From NCBI GenBank assembly GCA_965367355.1, contig CBDUIO010000001.1, positions 1-42,992 of the forward strand: a stretch of DNA of 42,992 nucleotides, read 5' to 3'. Position 1 is the first letter of the stretch. Each line of letters begins with the position of its first letter. This DNA comes from an uncultured Flavobacteriaceae bacterium. GTDB taxonomy: Bacteria; Bacteroidota; Bacteroidia; Flavobacteriales; Flavobacteriaceae. Below, piece after piece: positions 27,176 through 35,671 of this stretch. The notes beneath the pieces were generated by a model, which made no database searches, had not been told where the DNA came from, and worked only from the letters and a program-made list of their open reading frames with translations. A program made the translations under genes and the position numbers.

Positions 27176-28153
27176 ATGATAAAAGCAGGAATTATTGGAG
27201 GTGCAGGATATACGGCAGGAGAATTGATCAGGTTATTGATTAATCATTCCAATGTGAATATAAATTTTGTTTACAGTACGTCCAATGCGGGAAACAAAAT
27301 TAGCGATATCCACCAAGACCTGGTTGGTTCAATTGATCAGTGCTTTACCAATGTTGTAAATTACGAAGTTGATGTAGTATTTTTATGTTTAGGTCATGGA
27401 AATTCAAAGGATTTTCTGGATAAAAATGAATTTTCTTATGAGACGAGGATCATCGATTTAAGTAATGATTTCAGATTACAACATCATGAATTATATCATG
27501 GCAATACTTTTGTTTATGGCTTGCCGGAATTGCAAAAGGACATCATAAGATCTGCTAATCATATAGCAAATCCGGGATGCTTTGCTACAGCTATTCAACT
27601 CGCCATTCTTCCGTTGTCCGCAAATGGGTTGTTATTCGATGATATCCATGTGAATGCCGTTACAGGAGCGACTGGTGCCGGAACATCGTTATCCAAAACC
27701 ACTCATTTTACTTGGAGAGATAATAACTTTTCCCATTACAAAGCTTTTAAGCATCAGCATTTAGCAGAGATATATCAATCTGTTGTTCAGTTGCAGAAAG
27801 ATTTTAAGGCTGAAATCAATTTTATACCTAACAGAGGAAATTTTTCGAGAGGAATTTTTGCGACGGTTTATACCAAATTTGAAGGGACTCTTGAAGAAGC
27901 CAAAGCATTATATCAAGAATTTTATAAAGATGCCGCTTTTACATTTGTTTCAGATGACGAAGTGCATTTAAAGCAAGTGGTTAACACAAATAAATGTCTT
28001 ATTCACTTGCATAAACATAATGATAAAATATTGATTACCAGCATTATAGATAATCTTTTAAAAGGTGCCTCCGGACAAGCAATTCACAATATGAATTTAA
28101 TGTTTGATTTTGAAGAAACGGAAGCATTAAAACTTAAAGCCAACTTCTTTTAA
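27176..28153 (+). CDS. argC: N-acyl-gamma-glutamyl-phosphate reductase
   Basis: 325 aa, with GGAGYTAGELIRLL and the catalytic NPGCFATA motif. Confidence 0.9.
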   Translation: MIKAGIIGGAGYTAGELIRLLINHSNVNINFVYSTSNAGNKISDIHQDLVGSIDQCFTNVVNYEVDVVFLCLGHGNSKDFLDKNEFSYETRIIDLSNDFRLQHHELYHGNTFVYGLPELQKDIIRSANHIANPGCFATAIQLAILPLSANGLLFDDIHVNAVTGATGAGTSLSKTTHFTWRDNNFSHYKAFKHQHLAEIYQSVVQLQKDFKAEINFIPNRGNFSRGIFATVYTKFEGTLEEAKALYQEFYKDAAFTFVSDDEVHLKQVVNTNKCLIHLHKHNDKILITSIIDNLLKGASGQAIHNMNLMFDFEETEALKLKANFF

Positions 28154-28163
28154 ATTTTTTTAC

Positions 28164-28964
28164 ATGAAAATAGCAATTATAGGAACCGGAAATTTAGGAT
28201 GTTCAATCGCGAAAGGACTGATCACTACCAATGCAATAACTACTTTGTATTTAACCAAACGGAATCTTGAAGATATTAAAGATTTTGAAGGATACAAAAA
28301 TGTAACCGTGACTTCAGATAACTCTGAAGCCGTAAGAAATTCAGATATTTTAATCTTCGCGGTACAACCTGCACATTTTGAAAGAATATTGATTGAAGTA
28401 AAACCATTACTGCATGATAATCATGTCCTGATATCAACCATTACCGGTTTTGTAATTTCAAAAATGGAAAGTATAGTTGGGGATGATAAATTTCTGATTC
28501 GAGCAATGCCGAATACCGCTATTGCCGTTGGAAAATCAATGACCTGTCTGTGTAGTAATGAAAAGGGCAGTGAGCGTATAAAAGTTGCGCAGGCTATTTT
28601 TAACAGACTTGGTACATCTATTTCTATTCCTGAGAATCAGATGCAGGCAGCAACCGTAGTTTGCGCCAGTGGAATCGCATTTTGGATGCGTTTAATACGT
28701 GCTACTACGCAAGCAGCAATCCAATTAGGATTTGACGCAAAAGAAGCACAGGAGTTAGCAATGCATACCTGTGAAGGTGCAGCAAGTTTATTGATAACCA
28801 CTGGGAATCATCCGGAGCAGGAAATTGATAAAGTGACCACACCTAAAGGCTGTACTATTGAAGGTCTTAATGAAATGGAGCATAAAGGATTGAGTTCTTC
28901 CTTAATTCAGGGAATGGTTTCGTCATTTAATAAAATTAATAGTATTAAAACGGATCAATTATGA
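28164..28964 (+). CDS. proC: Pyrroline-5-carboxylate reductase
   Basis: 266 aa. It has IAIIGTGNLG Rossmann start and the C-terminal TTPKGCTIEGL motif. Confidence 0.85.
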   Translation: MKIAIIGTGNLGCSIAKGLITTNAITTLYLTKRNLEDIKDFEGYKNVTVTSDNSEAVRNSDILIFAVQPAHFERILIEVKPLLHDNHVLISTITGFVISKMESIVGDDKFLIRAMPNTAIAVGKSMTCLCSNEKGSERIKVAQAIFNRLGTSISIPENQMQAATVVCASGIAFWMRLIRATTQAAIQLGFDAKEAQELAMHTCEGAASLLITTGNHPEQEIDKVTTPKGCTIEGLNEMEHKGLSSSLIQGMVSSFNKINSIKTDQL

Positions 28965-30088
28965 AACTGTTCGATGTGTATCCTTTGTTTGATATTACAC
29001 CAGTAAAGGCGAAAGATGTTTTTGTATTTGATGAACACAATACAAAGTACTTAGATCTTTACGGAGGACATGCTGTAATATCCATTGGTCATTCTCATCC
29101 CGATTATGTTAAGAATATAAGTGAGCAACTGAATAAACTAGGATTTTATAGTAATTCCATTGTAAATCCATTACAGATTGAATTGGCCTCAAAATTGGGC
29201 AAACTATCTGGTTGTGATACATATGAATTGTTTTTATGCAATTCAGGAGCAGAGGCAAATGAAAATGCATTAAAACTGGCTTCATTTCATACAGGAAAAA
29301 AGAAAGTGATTGCATTTTATAACGGATTTCACGGAAGAACCTCTGCAGCGGTTGCAGCCACAGATAATACTAAGATAGTTGCGCCTTTAAATGCACAACA
29401 GGAAGTTGAATTTTTTGATTTTGGAGATTTGGCTTCAGTTGAAAAAGCGCTTAAAAAAAATGATGTGTGTGCTGTTATTATAGAAACCATTCAGGGAATT
29501 GGAGGTTTAGATGAGGTCACCACAGAATTCTTACAAGGCATAGTAAAATTGTGCAATCAAAATAATACCTTATTTATTGCAGACGAAATTCAATGCGGAT
29601 TTGGAAGGACAGGAGATTTCTTTGCTTTTCAAAAACATAAAGTCACTCCGGACATCATTTCTATGGCAAAAGGAATGGGTAATGGTTTCCCTGTTGGAGG
29701 TATATTAGTTCATCCAAAAATTAAATCTTCTTTTGGATTATTGGGAACAACCTTTGGAGGAAATCATCTGGCTTGTGCGGCATCCATAACGGTTTTAGAT
29801 GTGCTTGAAAATGAAAACCTGATGCAGCACGCAAAAGAGGTTTCAGACTATTTTATTGAAAAAGCCAAGGATTTACCAAAAGTAAAGCGAATAAAAGGAA
29901 GAGGTTTGATGCTGGGTTTAGAGTTCGATTTTCCTATTGCCAAATTAAGGAAAGCGCTCATTGAAAAGCATCATATTTTTACTGGAAGTGCAAAGAATCC
30001 TAGCGTTTTAAGGATTCTTCCACCTTTGACCATTCAAAAAGAACATTTTGATGAATTCTTTGGAGCTTTAAAAACTGAATTATCATGA
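28961..30088 (+). CDS. argD: N-acyl(acetyl/succinyl)ornithine aminotransferase
   Basis: 375 aa class-III PLP aminotransferase (SGAEANE, DEIQCGFGRTG, and the lysine in SMAKGMGNG). It has 4-nt overlaps with both neighbouring genes. Confidence 0.9.
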   Translation: MKLFDVYPLFDITPVKAKDVFVFDEHNTKYLDLYGGHAVISIGHSHPDYVKNISEQLNKLGFYSNSIVNPLQIELASKLGKLSGCDTYELFLCNSGAEANENALKLASFHTGKKKVIAFYNGFHGRTSAAVAATDNTKIVAPLNAQQEVEFFDFGDLASVEKALKKNDVCAVIIETIQGIGGLDEVTTEFLQGIVKLCNQNNTLFIADEIQCGFGRTGDFFAFQKHKVTPDIISMAKGMGNGFPVGGILVHPKIKSSFGLLGTTFGGNHLACAASITVLDVLENENLMQHAKEVSDYFIEKAKDLPKVKRIKGRGLMLGLEFDFPIAKLRKALIEKHHIFTGSAKNPSVLRILPPLTIQKEHFDEFFGALKTELS

Positions 30089-31020
30089 AGAAATATACCA
30101 ATATAGATGATATTGAAAACGTTCCCGAAATTATTCAGGAAGCTATAGAATTAAAAAAGAATCCATATCAATTTGAAGATTTAGGCAAGCATAAAACCTT
30201 AATTATGCTTTTCTTCAATTCGAGTCTGAGAACACGATTAAGTACAGAAAAAGCAGCGAAGAATCTAGGAATGCATGTCATGGTATTAAATGTAAATGAT
30301 GCCTGGAAACTGGAGTATGAAGACGGAACAGTCATGAGTATGGATACTGCGGAACATATCAAGGAAGCTTGTCAGGTGTTATCTCAATATGGAGATATTA
30401 TTGCGGTTAGAGCATTCCCGGATTTAAAGGATAAAGAAAAAGATGAATCAGAATTTATGCTTAATAGTTTTATAAAACATGCAACAGTTCCTATTGTTAG
30501 TATGGAAAGCGCTACAGCACATCCTTTGCAGGCACTAGCAGATGCAATGACTATTGAGGAATGCAGAACTAAAAAGAGACCAAAAGTTGTTTTATCCTGG
30601 GCTCCTCATCCTAAGGCATTGCCTCAGGCAGTTCCTAATTCCTTTGTTAGTATGATGCATGAATTGGATGTCGATTTTATTATAACGCACCCAAAAGGAT
30701 ATGAGTTGAATCCGAATATAACAAAACATACGCCCGTTTTTTATGATCAGAATGAAGCATTAAATGATGCAGATTTTGTATATGTTAAGAATTGGAGTAG
30801 TTATAATAAATACGGCCAGATATTGAGTGAAGATAGTAACTGGATGATGACAAAAAAGAAATTGGGCAAGGCTAAATTCATGCATTGTTTACCGGTGAGA
30901 AGAAATTTTGTGGTGGAAGATGCGGTTTTGGACAGTGACCAGTCAGTCGTAATTCAAGAAGCTAATAACAGAACGTTTTCTGCGCAAATTGTGTTGAAGA
31001 AAATATTGGAAAATCTGTAA
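30085..31020 (+). CDS. argF: N-acyl-ornithine carbamoyltransferase of the ArgF' type (probably N-succinylornithine transcarbamylase)
   Basis: 311 aa. It has SLRTRLS and HCLPVRRN carbamoyl-phosphate motifs but lacks the DxxxSMG ornithine loop of classical OTC. By my recollection it is close to the Bacteroides fragilis ArgF' sequence. Confidence 0.8.
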   Translation: MKKYTNIDDIENVPEIIQEAIELKKNPYQFEDLGKHKTLIMLFFNSSLRTRLSTEKAAKNLGMHVMVLNVNDAWKLEYEDGTVMSMDTAEHIKEACQVLSQYGDIIAVRAFPDLKDKEKDESEFMLNSFIKHATVPIVSMESATAHPLQALADAMTIEECRTKKRPKVVLSWAPHPKALPQAVPNSFVSMMHELDVDFIITHPKGYELNPNITKHTPVFYDQNEALNDADFVYVKNWSSYNKYGQILSEDSNWMMTKKKLGKAKFMHCLPVRRNFVVEDAVLDSDQSVVIQEANNRTFSAQIVLKKILENL

Positions 31021-31027
31021 AGAAGAT

Positions 31028-31054
31028 GTCACATTGAGCTTGTCGAAATGTGGT
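31028..31054. repeat. Small intergenic hairpin element (CACATT-gagcttgtcga-AATGTG)
   Basis: A 6-bp perfect stem (31030-31035 / 31047-31052) lies between argF' and argB. It resembles an AT-drifted copy of the GTCACCCTGAGC..GTCGAAGGGTG-type intergenic repeat common in Bacteroidota. This resemblance is from memory. Confidence 0.3.
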
Positions 31055-31076
31055 CAAAAGGAGTTAGAATGACGAT

Positions 31077-31853
31077 ATGAAAACTTTAAAAATAATAAAA
31101 ATAGGAGGAAATGTCATTGATGAGGATCAGGCATTACAGGAGTTTTTAGCGAAGTTCTCCAAGATAAAAGGCCCAAAACTTTTGGTTCATGGCGGTGGAA
31201 AACTGGCAACCAAATTAGCCAATCAAATGGGAATTGAAGTAAAAATGACCAATGGGAGACGAATCACAGACGCTAACACTCTGGATATCATCACAATGGT
31301 TTATGCGGGAAAGATCAACAAGAATATAGTTGCCAGATTACAGTCTTTAGATTGCAATTCAGTTGGTTTTTCAGGTGCTGATGGGAATTCGATAGTATCA
31401 GTAAAAAGACCGGTTAAGGATGTCGATTTTGGTTATGTTGGTGATGTTGAAAACGTACATACAGATACATTGAATGTGCTCCTAAATAATGGTATAACAC
31501 CGGTTTTTTGTGCAATTACCCATGATAAAAAAGGTCAGCTTTTAAATACGAATGCCGATACAATCGCATCAGAACTGGCCATAGGATTTGCAAATCAATA
31601 TAAAACAGAGTTATATTATTGTTTTGAGAAAAAAGGTGTTTTGAAAGATATAAATGATGATAATTCAGTAATCGAACTAATTAATACTAAGAACTTTCAA
31701 GCATTAATTGATGAAAGTATTATATCAGAAGGTATGCTGCCTAAAATTGATAATTGTTTTCATGCCGTAGCGAATAATGTAGAAAAGGTATGCATAGGTA
31801 AAACAGAAATGTTGTTTGATGCCCATTCAATTTTCACAACTATTGAAAAATGA
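31077..31853 (+). CDS. argB: N-acyl-glutamate kinase
   Basis: 258 aa amino-acid kinase fold, with IKIGGNVIDE, LVHGGG and NTNADT motifs. Confidence 0.9.
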   Translation: MKTLKIIKIGGNVIDEDQALQEFLAKFSKIKGPKLLVHGGGKLATKLANQMGIEVKMTNGRRITDANTLDIITMVYAGKINKNIVARLQSLDCNSVGFSGADGNSIVSVKRPVKDVDFGYVGDVENVHTDTLNVLLNNGITPVFCAITHDKKGQLLNTNADTIASELAIGFANQYKTELYYCFEKKGVLKDINDDNSVIELINTKNFQALIDESIISEGMLPKIDNCFHAVANNVEKVCIGKTEMLFDAHSIFTTIEK

Positions 31854-32914
31854 AAAAGAAAGAATTGACACAGAGCGCCATTGAATTGCTCAAAAATCTT
31901 ATTGAGACACCTTCTTTTTCATCGGAAGAAGATAAAACCGCAACACATATTGAGAACTGGTTTGCAGATTATAAGATTCCTTGTGTGAGGACAAAAAATA
32001 ACGTTTGGGCTATAAACCTGCATTTTGATGAAAGCAAACCCACATTGTTGCTTAATTCTCATCATGACACGGTTAAACCCAATAATGGTTACACCAAAGA
32101 TCCGTTTAAGGCAATAGAGGAAGCAGGGAAACTATATGGATTAGGAAGTAATGATGCCGGAGGATGTTTAGTTTCATTGATGGCAACCTTTACATATTTT
32201 TATAATAAAAAGAACTTAAAATATAATCTGGTTCTTGTAGCTTCGGCAGAAGAAGAAAGCAGTGGAGAAAATGGATTGAACAGCATGCTGGAATTCATTC
32301 CGAAAATTGATGTTGCAATCGTTGGCGAACCCACCTTAATGAATTTGGCAATTGCCGAAAAAGGATTGGTAGTATTTGATGCCAAAGTAAAAGGAACACC
32401 TAGTCATGCAGCCCATCCAAATACTGATAACGCTATTTATAACACGGTAAAAGTGTTGAAATGGTTTCAGGATTATAAATTTGAGAAAAAGTCTCCCGTT
32501 CTAGGTGATGTGAAAATGACAGTCACTCAAATTCATGCGGGAAAACAGCACAATGCTGTTCCATCTGAAGTTGATTTGGTTATTGATGTTCGGGTAAATG
32601 ACAGGTATACCAATAAAGAGATTGCGAAGATTTTAAAAGAGAAATCGCCATGTACAAGTATTGAGCCAAGAAGCTTGCGTTTAAACTCGTCCTCTATTCC
32701 GGTCAGTCACCCACTGGTTGAGGCAGGAGTAGAATTGGGAAGAGAACTTTATGGGTCTCCAACCTTGTCCGATCAAGCAGTTTTGACCTGTCCATCGCTA
32801 AAATTGGGTCCTGGCGACAGCACTCGTTCGCATACAGCAGATGAGTTTATTTATTTAACTGAAATTGAAGAAGGCATTGACATTTACATTCAATTATTAG
32901 AAAAAATATTATAG
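31850..32914 (+). CDS. argE: M20-family deacylase (ArgE-like; N-acyl-citrulline/ornithine deacylase)
   Basis: 354 aa. It has LNSHHDTV, GSNDAGG and EEESSG metal-ligand motifs. It overlaps argB by 4 nt. Confidence 0.8.
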   Translation: MKKKELTQSAIELLKNLIETPSFSSEEDKTATHIENWFADYKIPCVRTKNNVWAINLHFDESKPTLLLNSHHDTVKPNNGYTKDPFKAIEEAGKLYGLGSNDAGGCLVSLMATFTYFYNKKNLKYNLVLVASAEEESSGENGLNSMLEFIPKIDVAIVGEPTLMNLAIAEKGLVVFDAKVKGTPSHAAHPNTDNAIYNTVKVLKWFQDYKFEKKSPVLGDVKMTVTQIHAGKQHNAVPSEVDLVIDVRVNDRYTNKEIAKILKEKSPCTSIEPRSLRLNSSSIPVSHPLVEAGVELGRELYGSPTLSDQAVLTCPSLKLGPGDSTRSHTADEFIYLTEIEEGIDIYIQLLEKIL

Positions 32915-33037
32915 AATAAGACAATAGAATCAAGAGCCAAGGATAAAGACGAAATTTTAATTGAAAATGTCTTTGTTCTAAATGCAAAGCGGTCTAAATA
33001 TATTGGTTCTAAATTTTAAGAATTAAAATTTACAAAA

Positions 33038-34318
33038 ATGAAGCTGTGGGATAAAGGATTTTCAATTGATAAAAAAATAGAGCGATTTACGGTTGGTAAT
33101 GACCGAAAAATTGACTTGCATATTGCCAGGTATGATGTTCAAGCCTCAATAGCACATGCAAAAATGTTAAAGAACATCAACATTTTAACTGAGGATGAAC
33201 TGCAGAAACTGGAAAAAGGATTAAATGAATTACAACAACAAATTTCAAATGGAAAATTCATCATCGAGGATCAATTTGAAGATGTACATTCTAAAATTGA
33301 ATTTGAATTAACTCAAAAATTAGGTGAAGTTGGAAAGAAAATCCACACTGCACGATCCAGAAACGATCAGGTATTGGTAGCGTTGCAACTGTATTACAAG
33401 GAAAATCTTAGAGAAGTTAATTTAAAAGTTAAATCCCTGTTTGATTCACTTTTAAAACTAGCAGACACTCATAAAGGAAAATTGCTACCAGGTTATACAC
33501 ATTTACAGGTTGCTATGCCGTCCTCCTTCGGGTTGTGGTTTTCTGCCTATGCAGAATTGTTGATTGACGATGTGTATATGCTCAATGCAGTTAAAAAGAT
33601 TGTAGATCAAAACCCGTTAGGATCTGCTGCAGGTTACGGAAGTTCGTTTCCAATTGATAGAGAATTTACTACAAAAGAATTGAATTTTTCTACTCTAAAA
33701 TACAATGTGGTAGCCGCCCAATTAAGCAGAGGAAAAAGTGAACGATCCATTGCCGGTGCTTTAGGAGGATTGTGTAATACTTTAAGCAGATTTGCCATGG
33801 ATATTTGCCTGTATATGAGTCAGAATTTTGGGTTTATAAGTTTCCCGGATGAATTAACAACAGGTAGCAGTATTATGCCTCATAAGAAGAATCCGGATGT
33901 ATTTGAGCTTATAAGAGGGAAATGCAATAAAATTCAAAGTTTGCACACAGAGATGCTATTGATCACTAATAATTTACCAAGTGGTTATCACAGAGATTTT
34001 CAGTTATTAAAAGAAAATATGATAAATGCCTTTGAAGACGTAAAAGACATTTTGGATATCTTCAATTTTGCTATACAACAGGTCATTATAAAGGATGTTG
34101 ATCTGTCTGACGAGAAATATAAATACCTTTTTACAGTAGACAGCATTAACAATCTTGTGACTGATGGTTTATCGTTTAGAGAGGCTTATCAGAAAATAGG
34201 ATTACAAGTACAAGACGGCACTTATAAACCAGATATGGATAAGCAACATTCCCATGTTGGCAGTATTCATAATCTTAGTTTAAATAAGATTAAACAGAAA
34301 ATGAAAAATGCTAATTAA
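33038..34318 (+). CDS. argH: Argininosuccinate lyase
   Basis: 426 aa, with TARSRNDQV and GSSIMPHKKNPD signature motifs. Confidence 0.95.
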   Translation: MKLWDKGFSIDKKIERFTVGNDRKIDLHIARYDVQASIAHAKMLKNINILTEDELQKLEKGLNELQQQISNGKFIIEDQFEDVHSKIEFELTQKLGEVGKKIHTARSRNDQVLVALQLYYKENLREVNLKVKSLFDSLLKLADTHKGKLLPGYTHLQVAMPSSFGLWFSAYAELLIDDVYMLNAVKKIVDQNPLGSAAGYGSSFPIDREFTTKELNFSTLKYNVVAAQLSRGKSERSIAGALGGLCNTLSRFAMDICLYMSQNFGFISFPDELTTGSSIMPHKKNPDVFELIRGKCNKIQSLHTEMLLITNNLPSGYHRDFQLLKENMINAFEDVKDILDIFNFAIQQVIIKDVDLSDEKYKYLFTVDSINNLVTDGLSFREAYQKIGLQVQDGTYKPDMDKQHSHVGSIHNLSLNKIKQKMKNAN

Positions 34319-34343
34319 ATACTGAATTTAAGTTTAAAAAAAA

Positions 34344-34366
34344 TGTAAATATGAATTACATTTACA
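34344..34366 (+). terminator. Candidate terminator after argH
   Basis: TGTAAAT-atgaattac-ATTTACA forms a 7-bp AT-rich stem followed by CCTTATTTT. Confidence 0.35.
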
Positions 34367-34388
34367 CCTTATTTTGACACCTATTTTT

Positions 34389-35165
34389 ATGATTGAATCA
34401 TTAAAAAAGTTAGATAGATCAGCCGATATTTTACTGGAAATATCTTCAATATTGATGCAAGCAGGTGCAAACACAAATAGAGTGAATTTAAATGTTGACA
34501 GATATGCTTCTGTTTTAGATTGCTCAGCTTCATGTTTAATAAGTCATAAAACGATTGTCCTTACTATAAAGGACAACATGAATGGAAACAATTATACAAA
34601 AACTAAAAATATACCGCCTTATTTATTGAATTTTTCGACAATTTCTCAAGTAAGCTTAGGAAGTTGGAAGGCAATGGATGAAAACTGGACTATCGAAGAA
34701 ATTGAATCTGAAATAGAAAAAATAAAGGAAAAAAAAAGATTTCCCAGAATACTGGTGCTGTTGGCTGTTAGTTTTGCAGGAGCAGGTTTTTGTAACATAT
34801 TTGGAGGTGACTATTTGAATATGACGGTCGCATTTGTATGTACTTTTATAGGATTGTTCATTTTTCAATTTGCTGCACAAAAAAAATACAATTTATATCT
34901 ACGTGTTTTTTTTGGGTCATTTACGGCTTCTGTTTTGGCTTGTATTGGAATTTTATTTAATCTGGGAGCGAATCCCCAAACTGCATTGGCGACTTCCGTT
35001 CTATTTCTAGTTCCCGGCGTACCACTAATTAATTCATTTACCGATTTAATGGATAATAATATTTTAAACGGTTTAGTAAGGTTTTCCGTTGGAATAATGA
35101 CAGTACTTTTTATAGCCCTTGGACTTTTTGCAGCTATGGTAATATTTCATTTAAAAATAGCATGA
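34389..35165 (+). CDS. Threonine/serine exporter family protein (ThrE / YjjP-like, DUF1212)
   Basis: It has a cytoplasmic N-domain followed by about 5 TM helices. It is paired with a YjjB-like partner through a 4-nt overlap. I prefer the ATG at 34389 to the TTG at 34374 used in the track. Confidence 0.65.
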   Translation: MIESLKKLDRSADILLEISSILMQAGANTNRVNLNVDRYASVLDCSASCLISHKTIVLTIKDNMNGNNYTKTKNIPPYLLNFSTISQVSLGSWKAMDENWTIEEIESEIEKIKEKKRFPRILVLLAVSFAGAGFCNIFGGDYLNMTVAFVCTFIGLFIFQFAAQKKYNLYLRVFFGSFTASVLACIGILFNLGANPQTALATSVLFLVPGVPLINSFTDLMDNNILNGLVRFSVGIMTVLFIALGLFAAMVIFHLKIA

Positions 35166-35650
35166 ACACTATAATATTTGAATTAATTGAACTTTCTATT
35201 TGGTCGGGAATTGCAGCCGTTGGCTTTAGTATCCTTTTTAATGTACCTAGAAAATCGATAATAACCATTTTTATTTTAGGTTTTGGCGCTGGATTGATTA
35301 AATTTTTGATGCTTCATTTTAATGTCAATATTGTATTTTCCAGTTTTCTTGGAGCATTTTTTGTTGGTTTGATAAGTATTCCACTTGCCCACAAAATTCA
35401 CTTGCCTCCGGTTGTTTTTACAATTCCAACCATTATACCAATGATTCCGGGATTTTATGCATATGAAACAGTACTTTATGTTATGAAATATACATTGGTA
35501 GAAAAGGATATTTCAAAGAAATATGAGTTGATAAATGGGATATTTTCTAATGGGTTTAATATGGTTTTTATATTGATCGCCATTACTTTAGGAATTACAA
35601 TTCCTATGCTGTTACTAAGAAAAAGTACCGTAAAAAGAGTTAATAATTAG
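35162..35650 (+). CDS. Threonine/serine exporter family protein, small subunit (YjjB-like)
   Basis: 162 aa with 4-5 TM helices. It is translationally coupled to the preceding gene. Confidence 0.6.
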   Translation: MNTIIFELIELSIWSGIAAVGFSILFNVPRKSIITIFILGFGAGLIKFLMLHFNVNIVFSSFLGAFFVGLISIPLAHKIHLPPVVFTIPTIIPMIPGFYAYETVLYVMKYTLVEKDISKKYELINGIFSNGFNMVFILIAITLGITIPMLLLRKSTVKRVNN

Positions 35651-35671
35651 CTTTTATTTAATAGCAGGGTT

